Positions 50,048 through 63,589 are shown, numbered from the stretch's first letter. The stretch: DNA of 64,000 nucleotides from Ginglymostoma cirratum (GCA_024137785.1 JAHRHZ010000030.1:29483382-29547381); one strand, 5' to 3'. Notes: a model not told the origin generated them from the sequence alone. Numbers and translations: made by a program.

Positions 50048-52169
50048 CTGTGACACAACAGTAAAATATTCAGAAAACATTTCAAGTACTCCTTGCAGAC
50101 ATTCAAAAACGTATAGAACATTTTAGGTCACAGACTGTTGATAAAACTAATCTTCAAGAAGTTGCAACATTAGAATGCATTTTTGTTTAACGAATTGAAT
50201 GTTGGATAAACTTGAGCAAATACACCGTAAACTTTTGAAATAAAGTTAGTTTTTCACCAAACTTCTCAGATCAGTTAGTTTAATTCACTTCCTAATGGCA
50301 CTCATATTTACACATTGATCACGTATTTATTGCAGCAGGAAAGCCATCATCCATATTTAACAAATACTTTAAAAATCAATCCTTCTGGATTAGATCTGCT
50401 ACTGAAAAATGTTTCATGAAAAAAATTACTTTGACCAAAGCAAAAATCACTTTGCAACACTTTATAAAAACACCAAGGTTTGAAAGCAATTGTTATGACT
50501 GAAGCTATTATTTCTGCTACAGCACATATAACTTTCAAACCAAATTAAACATTAGCCCTAAACAAAATACAGCCTTGTACACTTCACACTGCAGCACAAG
50601 CAATGCCACTGACCAATCCTATTGAGAATTAACCATGTCTTATAGACATTATCATTGCTTAATGTCCAAATATCAACATTCCTGCTGAACTTGGACGAAC
50701 TACACAAATAATGTGCCTAGCAAATTAAGTCAGAGGCTTGGAATACTGCAACAAGAATCACAACTCCCGACTCCCCAAAGCCTGCCTGCTATCTACAGGA
50801 CACAATGCAGGAGTGTGATGAAAAAGTCTCCAATTGGGTGGGTAGATACAACTCTAACAAGCAGCTCAGCAATAGGCAGGACAAAGCTGTCCACTCAGTC
50901 AGCATCCTATGCACCAACTTAACCATTCAATCCCTCCAAACTGACACACAGTGGTAGCAGTATATAAACAGGCTACCTTTGACACCCAAGAGCATGGGTA
51001 GCAGAAGCGTTATCTCAAATTGGGAAAAAGCATGATAAAAGCCTAGTAAATTCTTCTTTAAAAAAAAACAAAAAAAGGTGAAAGAAGTTTTTTGTAAAAA
51101 ACAAATGGCTTTGTACTGCACACGGACACTTTAAATAGTCATAGGTGAGCAAACACATCAGAATTTATCAGCTGCTTAGTGTCAGCAGACATTCTTATGG
51201 AAATATGGGTCACATTGCAGCAATTCAGCAATGTTTCCTTCAATAGGACCTTCCAAGACCACTAACGCTATCATTCTAATGATAAGGGCAGGCCTCTAGG
51301 ACACCCATCATCTTGACTTGTAACTGCAGTTGCCGCTTCTTCACTTTTCAGGATTAAAAAATATCCCAACTTCTCTTCCTAGCTGTGCTGTGTTTGTAAC
51401 GGCAACACACGAGCCGAAACAGTTCAAAGCAATTGGTGATGGGCAGCCATCGACGGTTTAGCAAACAACCTTTGTACCCTTGACAAAGAAAAATGCAATC
51501 ACTGCCACCTGGACATGGATGACAAAACTCATAGAAGGGGAAGAGGCAACCACCTATATTCTCTCCAGGTAAATAGGCCTCACATTAGATAGGGAGGCAA
51601 AACACACCTAGAAGTGACATCACTGTTTATTTCAGTGTCTTCCTCCAGATTCAGAGCTTCATTTTCTAAGATGCCACAGTTAGAAAGGCTCAATTTATCA
51701 ATAGTCACAACTATTTGAGGCTACATATAAACATTGAATTCTACACAAAACACATCTACTAGGTGGGACTACTGCTTCAAACTGCAGAAAACACCAGTTA
51801 CCATCAGTATTAAAGGGGTCAATTATAAATTTTGTTCTGCAAAGCGCCAAGGGATGTTTTTGAACATTCAAAAAAATGCTATAAATGCAACATTTAACCC
51901 ATCTCAATTGGAAACAGCTCCAGGTGCAGCTTCACTGTAACCAAAATTATTTCAAACCCAGAAAGCTGAATTGCTACCACTGGTGGTATTCCAAAATGGC
52001 AGGATTGGGATACAGATTCTCCACTGCTTCTTGCGACCAGTTCAGTGCAACATTGAGAATGTCCTACAGTCACAATGCTCAATTGTTTCATGGTGTAGAT
52101 GGTGTGTAGCCTACCAAATGTAAAATTAAACCAGGAAGCTAACTTATTGCACCAAAATCCATAACTTAC

Positions 52170-52261
52170 CTCCAAGGCAAGTTGTTGAACCTGACCAGCT
52201 CCATGCACTCGCAGAAGAGAAAATATCAGTTTGAAATGCCCAATACATTCAGTCTCAGCAC
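52170..52261 (-). CDS. DNAJC13: DNAJC13 exon
   Basis: [31 protein letters not shown]; 92 nt. Confidence 0.95.
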
Positions 52262-53089
52262 CTGCAGTAAAATTCAAAGTGAAAACCAGCAGATGCAGAC
52301 TGGAGCCATTATAAAAATTGTGTAATGACTAGACATAGAACAAGAACCTGTTATGATTGAGTTTAAGAACAGAAGCATTTTTCTTTACAAAACAGCCTCT
52401 CTTCACAAAGTGAATGGTCCACCCAAAACAGGAAAACCATCTGGGTAACATACTTCAGGCAGACCAAGAATATCCCCCCTCCACACATACAGGAAGAGAT
52501 TAGTTTTAAAGCACTTGAGCACAAGAGGCAAAAATTGAAAAATTGTGTTGTGTGGATGTTATGCTGCAAATGAGGGTGATGAAATTTGTCGTAGATAATC
52601 AAATGTCATTCAAACCACAATACAAACTGAAATGCTCTAAATTGTAATGTCAAAAGAACAATTGGTAGATTTTTGAGTAGAGTTTATCATGATCCAATGT
52701 TTCTTTTTCATTCAAAAATCAAAAAGTGCAGCTGCCATTAAAAACTACATACAATGATCTCGATGCAATCCAATTTAGTAATAATGCCTCTCTTCTTTCT
52801 CACTCTACAAATGTTACATATTTCAAACACTTTGTTTTCCAATTTAAAATTGCAGGCTTCAGTGGAAACCAGAACGTTATCCTGCAACAGGATTGAGCTG
52901 ACGCTCTTCAGAATCACAATGTCATAGGGTAGCATCAAGCAGCCTATGAACTGCTCAGAAAAGAGACTACATAGACGTTTCAAGGGTGAAACACATCCAG
53001 CTAACCAAGCCGAATCTTTTCGGGTTATTCTTGTACATCTATGATCAATTCCATTACTTCTAAAATGCAAGTGCTTGTATGATAGGCAC

Positions 53090-53330
53090 CGTAAGACCCG
53101 ACAAGCAAATGCTAGTTAATCTGATGATATTGTTTGAAGGAGAAATTTGGCCACAATACAAAGAACCCTTTGCATTTCTTTACTAAGTCCCATGGGATGT
53201 TTTACATCTAGTTGTGCAGACAAATCAAGCTTCTATTTAACATCTCATCCAAAGGACAACATTCCAAATAACAAAGCAGTCTCAAGGCTGCTAAACTACA
53301 GTGCCACCTTAGATTACGTCCTCAAATTAC
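53090..53330 (-). mobile_element. Deu-domain (SacSINE1/AmnSINE1-like) SINE remnant
   Basis: CCATGGGATGTTTTACATC...TTTAACATCTCATCCAAAGGAC...TAGATTACGTCCTCAA resembles the recalled Deu-SINE reverse strand. Confidence 0.55.
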
Positions 53331-53336
53331 ACTAAC

Positions 53337-53514
53337 CTGGATTGTTTTTGATGACATTACGTAATGCCTCTAGAGCCATTTCAGCTCGCCTTAACCTGTC
53401 TTCATGCTGATCAGATTCCACTTTCCCAGTTTGGGTGATAGCCATCAGTGTGTGCAGGTATTGTGCTTGCGATCCTATGTAATCAAGCAGGCTGGCTGCA
53501 AAAGCTTTTGGAAG
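53337..53514 (-). CDS. DNAJC13: DNAJC13 exon
   Basis: [28 protein letters not shown]...[15 protein letters not shown]; 178 nt. Confidence 0.95.
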
Positions 53515-54799
53515 CTAGGAAAGGAAAAATCAAGTTGAAGATATAATATTTCCTTTATGACCAGTATCAATGCAAGTGGCTTTAAATTCCAGTGTTTGCT
53601 TCTGCAATGCAATTTTAATCCTATTTCTTAAATGGAAAAAAAAAGTACACCAAAATGAATATTTCCAAACTTTAAATGCCCTATTTGAATGAAAATGATT
53701 CTGATGAGCTGATTTTTTTAAATGCAACAGAACCATAATTGGTAGAAGATAAGCATAATAAATGCTCTACTGTACTCGGCTCTTAATTATAAAGAAGTTT
53801 GAGCATTTGAAGCTGTGCAGAACAAAGTCACAAGGATGATCCAAAACGTCAATGAGCAAAGAACAAACTCTTTGCAGCTTTGATAGCATATCAGATGATC
53901 AAATACAAGTATGAGGTAGTTAACAGTAAGTGGAAAATTATGCAAATTATATTAGAGGGGAACAGAGATGGAAATTAATGTAAGGACAGTTTAGAACAAG
54001 CCGGAAATTGTCAGAAACACACCAGCATCTGTAGAGGGAGAAACAGCATTAACTTTTCAGGCTGATGACCATTCAGCAAAACAGGAAAGAGTTAAATATC
54101 CAACAGGATTTGAGCAAGGGTTTGGTGGGGCAAGTTCAAAAAGGAAGGGCCGCGATAAGGTCAAGAACAAGACAAGCTAAAGGATTTAGGTCTCTCACAG
54201 TACTCCCTGACATCAGTCTTGAATTGTCATTTTACCAAATTATGCCTTTTTCTGCACCCATGGTTTAATTTGAACTGGCTCAGCACTTTTGTTTTGAATT
54301 TCACTTAAAATGCAAAAAAACTCCATGAAGATCCAATTGGTTTTATTTACCTCATTTCAAAGTTAGAGTGCTCACTTTGAATTGATCGGATTGAAGACCC
54401 TAACAAACCCATGGTACAATGTGGTTTTCCTCTTATGCTCCACAGAGGTTCCACGTTTTAAGACATTCATCATTCTTGGTGAGGTACAGCTCCACAAAAG
54501 TTAACAAAATACCATACAGTAGTGCAGTGAAGTATTTGAGACCAAAGTTTTAAGCAGAAAGTAATTGTTCATTTTATACACAAGATTGATTCTGTTCTGG
54601 GCTAGAACATGCATTTTGGAGCAGCCTCTCCTGTTTGTGGGCCATGAACATCAGGGAAAGGCACCCAAGAAATAATCAGATACAAGGAGGGAGCATCAGC
54701 CTGCAGGTGTTACGTAGAAAGAATTTTATTTTATTGGACAAAAGCTGTTGATAGTGGTTGTGGCAACTTGAGATTAAACAAAAAAACTGCTGGCGTGAC

Positions 54800-55420
54800 A
54801 GTCAATTTGTTCAAGGGATGAGGCTAGCACAGCCTTTACTGCTTATCCTCAGATGCCCTAGAGAAGGTGATGTTGAGCTGCCTTCTTGAGCCAACAGTCC
54901 TTGAGGTGTTTAACAGTGCAGCCAAGAAAGGAAGGAATTCCAGCATTTTGAACCTAGAACAGTAAGGAACGAATGGCAATATAGTTCCAAGATAGGATGC
55001 TGAGTGACTTGGAGGGGAGCTTGCAAGCAGTGACGTCTCCAGGCATTTATTGCTCTTGTCCTTCTAGCTGGCAAGAATCATGGGTTTGGAAGGTTTTGCT
55101 GAAGGAGCCTTTGAGAGTTGTTACAGAGCACCTTGCAGACAGCACCAACCGCTGCAGCTGTGCGCTGGTGGAAGATTGAATGTTGAAGGTAGTAGACGTG
55201 GCATCAAGCGAACTGCTGCTTGTCCTGGATAGTGTCAAGTTTGAGTGTTATTGGAGCTGCATTCATTCAACTAAGTAGGGAATATTCCATCACACCTAAC
55301 TTGTGCCCAGAAGATAATGGAAAGGCAGAGAGAATAGTCAGCTAGTTGCTGTAGGATACCCAGTCTCTGACCTGCTCTTGTAGCCACAATGTCTAAATAG
55401 CAACTCTACTAGAGTTGCTG
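54800..55420 (-). mobile_element. LINE 3' fragment (CR1/L2 group), same family as 23750-24090 and 50690-51480
   Basis: GGAATTCCAGCATTTTGAACC...GGCAATATAGTTCCAAG..AGGATG is a reverse-complement homolog of 23888-23948. Confidence 0.65.
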
Positions 55421-55919
55421 ATCAATGCTGATCAGCTTCTGATCAATGGCATCATAAAAGGGAACATCGAAATCTTGTGTAAGAAAACAGAGTGAAAGGA
55501 TAAGCAAAAAAATATGGGGCCAATTAAGGAACAACTAAATCTTGTGAAAGAAGTGTGTATGGCTGCTCAACTGAATGAGCACTTCGCATGTCTTTGCAAA
55601 ACAGGACAGGTGTTGTATTATGGCATAGCAAAATTTGAAGAGATGCAAAGTACAAGTACTACAGGTGTGAAAGACAGTAGGTTATGGACAGGACTAAGTA
55701 ACCCCTTACAGGCATTCTAAAGAACTGGAATACAGAACAGAACACTTTTGCAACAAAAACAAATTTCTGGCAAAACTCTGGCAGCGTCTGTGGAGAGAAA
55801 GCAGGGTTAACACGGAGTCCAAAGACCCTTCAAGACTCATATTCTGTTAGCCAGTTATTCGTTCATGAAAGCTACAACCTACATATTTCAACAGAATGAA
55901 GTTGCTTTTAGAATCTTAC

Positions 55920-56036
55920 CTCCAATGGAAATGTTGGTTGTTCATTGTAAACTCTGACAAAAACTTCACCAACAATGAGCTCTTTAGCATGTTCACTGAA
56001 AACAAACTCAGCGCCATAATTTTTATCACAATCTCC
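55920..56036 (-). CDS. DNAJC13: DNAJC13 exon
   Basis: [39 protein letters not shown]; 117 nt. Confidence 0.95.
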
Positions 56037-56559
56037 CTTGAAGAAAGTCAAAATACTGACAATTAGTTAAGTGCTAATTAATGTAATTAATCAGACTACA
56101 AACATTAGTGATAAACAAAGCTAAAATTTTGAGTGAATGTGAAATGAATTAAGATTTGGGTAAACAGTTGGTTAAGCAATAAACGTGATCAATGATCTTC
56201 AGTCACAATATCATTATCTGACATTCCCAAATGTGTCATCTACTGGAGTAGTTATTGAAGGCACAATTTAAGCAGCAATAAGCACACAGTTCTTTTTTTC
56301 AAAAAAAAAAAGAAAGATCACTTGCTTTAAAATATGGAAATGTAGCAAATGTAGCACAGTGCTGTTCTAGAAGATGACGACTGATATTTAATAAAATTGT
56401 ATAATATCTCAGCCCTTCAATGCTCATCAAATTCTTTATCACAGCATTAATTATTGGAATCGAAGAAGCTGCATTTTCAGATTTATATCTATGCTCATTT
56501 TTATAGAACGTGCTCTTTTCAAACATGCATTTTTCTTTAAAAACACCAACTAGAAGTCA

Positions 56560-57050
56560 CCACCAGCCTTTTGCTTCTCCAATACTGGGACACTGAAGGA
56601 ATTGCTGCGATGCACACCTTGAATTCCATCCCTTAACCACTGACTCCAACCCTCTCCATTGTAAAAAGCTGAGTCGGACTATTTAAAACCTCAGCTGGCC
56701 TTTTTTGCCTCTGATCCATGCAACCTCTCCATCACCCAGATCACTTATTGCCATCTCTGTAAAAACCATCACCTGTCTTGAGTTCTGCCTTAGTTCACCT
56801 GCTGTTGCTCAAATCCTTAGTTATGCTTTAGGTCCCTCAAGATTTAACTCAATACTCCTGATTAACTTTGCTAAAGTAATTCACAACTTTTGCAAACTTG
56901 AACTGATCCAAAATTGTTTTTTTTTCATCCAACAACCTGGCAACTATCAACTTCCACAGAATAATATACTTAAGAATTCTTATTTATTTTCAAATTCATC
57001 CAGAGCCTATGCTCCAATTCTCCTGATTAATACAGGCGTTTTATGTTAAA
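56560..57050 (+). mobile_element. L2-type LINE ORF2 C-terminal remnant
   Basis: AQILSYALGPSRFNSILL...KLELIQN resembles L2 AETLIHAFVTSRLDYCNSLL...KLQLIQN. Confidence 0.55.
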
Positions 57051-57098
57051 AATGTCACAAAATTACTCTTTCCTGAACCATTATAGTAACATTCTTAC

Positions 57099-57212
57099 CC
57101 TTTTTATCATACTTTCCTGTTGCCCTTCGAGGAACTCCAGCAACTCAGCCCGTGTTCCATTGCTCCAGATCAAATATGGATTCTCAGTGTTACTGTTGAG
57201 CATCTTGAGAAT
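57099..57212 (-). CDS. DNAJC13: DNAJC13 exon
   Basis: [38 protein letters not shown]; 114 nt. Confidence 0.95.
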
Positions 57213-57661
57213 CTGAAACAAAGCATGTTCTTGTACGTGAGATGATAAAAACAATATTTCAATCCTTTTCACATGAAGTCTCCAGTAAATCAAAGATCGA
57301 TCAAACTTTTTCAAAATGTCATCCACAGAGAAATACTTTTTACACAATTATACTTTCCATCACCGAAGGTGATCCACAACTCTGCCCTCAACTGATTTTA
57401 CTTTGTTGGTTCTGAGTACTACACAAATTAGTACAATTTGCCTGCTCTTTCCCCATAGCCCTGAAAATTTCTTCAAGTATTTAACCAATTCCTCTTCAGA
57501 TGTTCTTCGTGAATCTATCACCACCTTTTCATTCAGTGCACTCCAGATTATAACATTGCACAAAATATTTTGATCTTCTAGGAATGTAGATCGATTGCAT
57601 AATTGCAGACAAATTGAACTCAGCAATAAAAGGAAGGGAGTTAAGTACAATATAACAATAC

Positions 57662-57829
57662 CTCTGCTGGAGTATCTTTTGAGAGCCTTCTTGAGACATA
57701 AGGTGATAACAAAGCTGCCAAACATTTCCTTATTGTAGGATTTTCAGGTGTTGCCGTTTCACCTGGTAAATAGCCACCTAACCGGCTCAGTGCTGTCACA
57801 CAGAGTTTTGCAAGACAATTAGAAACTTC
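57662..57829 (-). CDS. DNAJC13: DNAJC13 exon
   Basis: [21 protein letters not shown]...[19 protein letters not shown]; 168 nt. Confidence 0.95.
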
Positions 57830-57944
57830 CTGTTTAAAAGAAACAGAACATGGCAATTGATTTCACAAAGATAAGCCCAATTAAAGTCCACTTCCAATGC
57901 AAAAGCATCTAGGCAAAACATTGAACTAGACAGAAATTAAAACA

Positions 57945-58208
57945 TAAGAGTCACAGAATCATACTGCACCTTCAGTCCAAGCCAAACATAATCCCAAACT
58001 TAACCAGTCCCACCTGCCTGCTCCTGGTCCATATCCCTCTAAACCTGTCCTATTCACGTACTTATCTAAGTAAACGTAACTGTGCCCGCATCCACCATTT
58101 CCTCAGGAAGTTCATTCCACACATGAACCACTCAAAAAAAAAAATGCCTTCATGTCTTTTCTAAAACCTCTCTCCTCTCACCTTAAAAATTTCACCCCAG
58201 TCTTGAAA
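57945..58208 (-). mobile_element. CR1-type LINE 3' end
   Basis: Closely similar to 3262-3550 (AGTCCCACCTG..TGCTC.TGGTCCA...TCCTCAGGAAGTTCATTCCACAC). Confidence 0.85.
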
Positions 58209-58251
58209 TGTTGAGAAAATTTCCCAGTTTCAGATATTGAAATGTTAGTAC

Positions 58252-58431
58252 CTGCTGATTTGTTTCTTCACACTTTTGAATTCCGCTTTCTTCCAGTGTG
58301 TAATCATAACTGAAGAGGTAGACTAGAAGGTGCCACAGAATACCAGCTTGGAACAAGTGCGTTTGTAACCAGTAATCCACAGCAAAGGAAGCAACACATT
58401 CGACTGCCAGCATGGCCGTTCGTGGTAGGCT
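58252..58431 (-). CDS. DNAJC13: DNAJC13 exon
   Basis: [33 protein letters not shown]...[19 protein letters not shown]; 180 nt. Confidence 0.96.
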
Positions 58432-58641
58432 CTGTTCACAAATGCATGTAGTTGAAATACAAGCTTAAAGATTGCTGTTTTTCCAAGTGCATTAGAAACA
58501 AATCAACTGGAATGTATTCGTAGCAATATATGTAACTTTTTCTTATTAGTGGTAGACAAATAATTTAACCAGCCTTTTAAGAAAGCCTACAATGATTTAA
58601 CAACTCCTTTTACAAATCATGCTCACTGCAAAAGTACCTAC

Positions 58642-58761
58642 TTTTCCATAATACAGCAATCTGCAGAGGTCTCTTATAATGTTGGGCATTTCTGTTATTT
58701 TTTCCCTGCATTCCTCAAACTGAGCTGCAACACTGTAACATTTACAGATGTGGCCACACAC
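58642..58761 (-). CDS. DNAJC13: DNAJC13 exon
   Basis: [40 protein letters not shown]; 120 nt. Confidence 0.95.
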
Positions 58762-58842
58762 CTAAAACAAAAAGGCAGCATATAAATTGTACTGCATCAG
58801 CTTAGTGGAGAACTTCAAGTCACACTATGTGAATAATTTTAC

Positions 58843-58917
58843 CTCAACAGCCATATCACCCTTTTTGCTCGAGTTTGTTAACACTGCCACACAGCGCGCA
58901 AAGCCATCTTGTAGAAC
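58843..58917 (-). CDS. DNAJC13: DNAJC13 exon
   Basis: VLQDGFARCVAVLTNSSKKGDMAVE; 75 nt; followed by an 81-bp intron. Confidence 0.94.
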
Positions 58918-59009
58918 CTGAAAAAGGAACAGCAATCATTCGGAAGTTGTCAATCCAGTAAGACCCTTCCATACCGCATCCATTGCATTTACATTCTTAG
59001 TAAGAAAAT

Positions 59010-59985
59010 GAAAGTTGCATACAGAACGAGAGGTCTCATCTCACCAAAACCCCGTGTAACTGAAGCATGACACCTTTACTTTTATGTCCAATTCCTCTCT
59101 CATGATAACATTCCACATCCCGCTTAATCACTAACTGAATCTGCATACTAAGCTTGGTGACTCGTGCACAAGAATACCAAGATCCCTCTATACCTTATGA
59201 CCTAGTTGTTTGTTTCAGCACTTTTTCTTTTCATTCTTCCTGCCAAAATGAACTTCGATGGAGTACAATGTGGGAAAGTATGGTCATATTTTTCTCCACT
59301 TACACAACCTACATCCTCTCCAGCTTCCCTGTCTTCTTTGCCACATACTTTGCTATCTATCTTGATGCAATCTACAAATTCAACGACCGTGCCTTCGCTC
59401 AGCCCTTAAAATCTTTGATGTAATTGAAATCCCAACACAAATCCCTGTGGAATACCATTCACCACATCCTGATAATAAGACAAAGACCTATTGATGCATA
59501 CTGTTTTCTGCCAACCAATCTCCGTTGAGCTAATATGTTATGCCCTACAGGACAAGCTTTAATTTTCTGCAAATAACCTCTCATTGGACACCTTGTCAAA
59601 TGCCTTCTGGAAATGTAAGTTTAGTTTGTCTGCAGGCTCCACTTAATCCACAGTGCACATCACTTCAAAAGAAAACACTCCAATAAATTAGTTAAATGCG
59701 ACTTTTCTTTCAAAGTTGTGCTGGCTCTTCCAGATTACCTTGAGTTTTTCAAAATGCGACATAATCCTCCCCACGATCAATTCTAACATCTTCCCAAGAT
59801 GGGCATCAAGTTAATTGACCCTATAGTTTCTTGTTTTCTGCCTCCCTCAATTTTTGGAATAGAGGGGTTATATTTGCTGTTTTCCAGTCCAGTGCAACTT
59901 TTGCTGAATCTAGGGAATTTGGAAAATTACACCAATGTACCTACTACCCAATCAGCAACCTGTTAAAACCCTAGGAAGCAGCCAA
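59010..59985 (-). mobile_element. Degenerate CR1-type LINE ORF2 fragment
   Basis: TTGTCAAATGCCTTCTGGAAAT reads F-Q-K-A-F-D-K on the minus strand (RT motif). Confidence 0.65.
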
Positions 59986-60547
59986 CTGAACCAGTCAGTC
60001 CACTGCTCCATTGATTCCTCATCTCCATCCCTGCTGCTGGTTTTCACCACTCAGTGCGCACAGGTTTGCTTACAGGCTTTTAAGTGTCTGAATGCAACTA
60101 CCCCTCATGTCTTTGACAAACTTCAACTTGAAACCAATCCAAAAAAGGTGTTGCTGGGCAGTTTTCTTTTCAACCCAAAGGCACCTCGTGCCAGTTAGTC
60201 TCAAGAGTATCAAATCCAGCTCCTCCAAATAGTTAACATTCCCTGTGTAACCAATGTGAACGCCACAGAGCTCCACTTCTGCCTCAAATTTAAACGCTAG
60301 CACATTCTCTGCAACACAGCATTCCAAGTTTCCATTTTCCAGCTCATATTTCCAACAAAAATATGTAGCCCTTACAGCACAATTACTACTAAGCAGGTTT
60401 AAACAAACATTTCCAGTATCCACTTTTCAGCTAAATCTCTCCAATGTTGTTATATGGAGAGTGTACCAGATGACAAGAATAACTTTAAACAATGTTTAAT
60501 CTTATGCTTTCTCCAAATACAGCATACATTGTTATTGTGCATATTAC

Positions 60548-60729
60548 CTCTATTCCATTCTCTCTACGGAGTTCCTCAGCATTTAATGCTGAGCAGTTGA
60601 CAGTATGAAAAGCCAATTCAGTGGAAGCTGGCAACAAGGACACCTTGCTAAATAGTTGGTCATCCGAAGTTTCCATGGTAATGGTCTTAATCAACATCGG
60701 GTATCCTGCATACTTATAGGGCTCTAGGT
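60548..60729 (-). CDS. DNAJC13: DNAJC13 exon
   Basis: [29 protein letters not shown]...[17 protein letters not shown]; 182 nt. Confidence 0.96.
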
Positions 60730-62672
60730 CTACAATAAGAACAAAAAGGTGACAGCTAAACCAAAACTTCAAAAACACTTTGTACTAGAGATTCATAAAA
60801 TTGCTATGAATGATCTTAATTCTATACAAATTTTGATGTGAATTGTTAAAATGCCATTGTACAGAACTCAAAAGCTATCAACCCTTGACATATATTTGCA
60901 ATACAAAAATTATATTACTGAAAAACCTTCCTAAAGGCCTTTGTCCTGTTCACTGCTTCACGGTAACTAAATTAATCACAACAAATTATTACACCGGACA
61001 AGAGGAGTGCGTATTTTGGGATCACTGTGGGTTGGTTTTTTAATGAAAACTAAAACTATATTTCTAACAAAAGTACACAATGAACTCTAAGTATAACTAA
61101 TATGCCATTAACTGTAAAGGAGTGGGTGTGCATGGAGAAAAGAGCAGGGGATACCTAGAATAGAGGTGGTATGGTGGATTAAGAAAGCAATAAAGCTGGT
61201 ATGTAAACTCCAGTCATGCGCAACTGTTTCTTTTAAAATGGGAGTGGAATTGTCTGTGGACTTGCCTCCACAGGAGATTTTGAGATTTGAAACTATTGGC
61301 ACTTGTTTGAGCATTTTGAAAAATATTACTATTTAGTAGAGCGAGACTTAGACTCAGCCATAGACAGCAATTCAGGGAAAGCGAATAGTTGTCTTGCATC
61401 CTTCTCTTACATATTCAAAAACATTGAAGAACTGTAGCAAAAAATAAATAAATAAATAAAATCAACTGAAATTAGCTCAATATAAAATCAGCCCCAGCAG
61501 GTGAAAACAAAAACTAAATCAAGGAACTGTTAAATAACACATCATTAAAAAATCAACTTAACAGTTCACCATGAGCAACTTGATACAGACTGAAAGAACA
61601 GAGAAGGTGGTTACTTATGCCATTCTGTAAATGCTTTCAAAGTGTTATCCAATTAGTCCCACACCCTTTACATTCCCCACAGCTCTGCAGAGATTTTCCC
61701 TTAAAGTAATCAGCCAGTTTCCTTTTGCAAGTTACTGCATAATCTGCTTCCATCATATTTTCAGATTTTGGAGAGCAGTCATAAGTCAATATATTAAAAG
61801 AACTGTCTTGCTTCTGAATTATTTTCCCATTTTATTGTAAAGGTGTCTTCTGGTTATTGACTCTTCTGCCACAGGAAATTATTTCTCTCAAATCTATCCA
61901 AACTAATCATGATTCTGAACACCGCTACTAAATCTGCTATTAACTGTGTCTGCCCAAAAACAACCAAGTCTTTTCTGATCTCTGCACAAAAGAAGTCCTG
62001 AGCACCTCCATGTCACGTTAATAATATTGGTCTAATGATCAACCGCTCATTGGGGATTGATCAACTCTGGAATAGTTTACTTAAAACTGTAAAACACATT
62101 GTAATTGCTGCTTCACAACTTCCAGCAAACAAAATTGGTTTGTGACTTGCCAGGCAGCACTGCAACATTGTATTTACACAGCACATGGAGTCCTTAAAGA
62201 TGACGAATTCTCTTAATGGCAAAGTACACACGAACTCCTTCAACCTTCTCCATTACTGTAAGGAATGCAATCAATTTGTTAAAACAATGACTACAAACTT
62301 TACTGAATCCTTGCTGACTCATTTATTAACCCATACTCTGCAAATCAATCTTCTCTTGAATTATTGTCTTTAAGATCTTTACCACCAACAACACTAGGCT
62401 GACTAGTGTATGGTTACCAGGTTTTGCTCTCTCTGTTTTGAATAGAGATGTAACACTTGCAACCTTCCCATTGTTTGATACCATCCTGTATCTAAGGACG
62501 ATGGAATATTATGGCTAGAGGCTCCAGTGTATATTCAATTTTTATCCCCACCAGCCCTATCTCTGAATCTCCCCAGGCAGAAAATAGCTCACATTTGCCA
62601 AGTTGTTTCAAAAAAAACAAAAAAAAAAACAAACCAAAAAACTTCTGCAATTCTAATGGAAGCTGTCCTTAC

Positions 62673-62808
62673 CCTGTTTGTATCTGTTGAAGAGGATGCT
62701 CTGCGTTTTCAGGATAAGGATAATGTTCTCTGGATCGGGTCCGTCTACCATTCTAATTGACTTTGTACACAAGAATTCATAAGCTTTATTCACCCTTTCA
62801 AAGGTATC
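62673..62808 (-). CDS. DNAJC13: DNAJC13 exon (end of J-domain)
   Basis: [45 protein letters not shown]; 136 nt. Confidence 0.96.
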
Positions 62809-62879
62809 CTGGAAAATACATAGAAGGTATTTAACATTGCAGAGTGAAATCTTAAATTCTACAATTTTTAAACAGTACC

Positions 62880-63122
62880 CTCTGGTTACTGACACTGCTG
62901 CCACTAGTTTGTTATTGCCGAGGCCTAAAGCACTGGGATTCCTTTTCCACTCCTCCAGCTCTCTTTCGCGCCCGCCTCCAAGATGCTACTCAAAACCTAC
63001 CACTTTGACCAGGTTTTTGGTTACCCACCCTAACATTTCACATGAACTGATATCCAATTCTGTAAAGATTCTTGGGATGTTTTACGGCATTAAAGGCATG
63101 ATATAAATAGAAAGTGTTGTGG
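62880..63122 (+). mobile_element. L2-type 3' end
   Basis: CAAAACCTACCACTTTGACCAGGTTTTTGG...TTGGGATGTTTTACGGCATTAAAGGCATGATATAAAT. Confidence 0.6.
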
Positions 63123-63330
63123 TAATATATTACATTTATTGAATGCCATTTAGAAATAACAATATAACTGACATTGAAGCTAGAAAACAAGATCACCAGC
63201 AATAAAATGCATTGCCAACTTCAGATTATATTTCAACACTTCATACAATAAGGTAAGGCATCCCTGCGACTACAAACATTCTGTCAAGGCAAACGTGTAA
63301 GTTTCTTTCTATTCTTTAAACAGGACTTAC

Positions 63331-63409
63331 TCTGCCATCAGGATTTTTGTCAGGATGATATTTCTGAGCAAGTCTGAAGTAGGCTTTCCTGATTTTGCTC
63401 TCGTCATGC
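63331..63409 (-). CDS. DNAJC13: DNAJC13 exon with J-domain HPD motif
   Basis: [26 protein letters not shown]; TAG| and |GTAAGT; 79 nt. Confidence 0.96.
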
Positions 63410-63589
63410 CTACCAAGAAAATTAATGGCGCAACACATTACTTGCGATGAATATTCATCCAGAAAATAAAGAATCTCCATTCAGTCTTCCAAAATAGTTC
63501 CTTTTTTGGATCACCATCAAGTCTCAAAATCCAATAAAGATATAAAATTAAAGCTCATTTCACAAACAAAATTACAATTCCTGTGTTTA

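Larger units (their letters stand above)
21115..63409 (-). other. DNAJC13: DNAJC13 (RME-8) gene, 3' part: 22 coding exons, ~926 aa; 5' part lies beyond window end
   Basis: Spliced exons reproduce the RME-8 C-terminal half as recalled, including the J-domain [16 protein letters not shown] and the IWN-type motifs ([20 protein letters not shown]); exon lengths sum to 2782 nt and close in frame. Confidence 0.98.

Noticed and set aside
4259-55850. Dispersed palindromes interpreted as CRISPR repeats, MITEs or miRNA genes
   Set aside because: They are not arrayed with spacers and the context is eukaryotic. Long variable TSDs, an asymmetric tail and the hammerhead motif fit Penelope-type retro-insertions better.
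728-63409. U12-type (minor) introns
   Set aside because: No GTATCCT or ATATCCT donors among the mapped junctions; all look U2-type.
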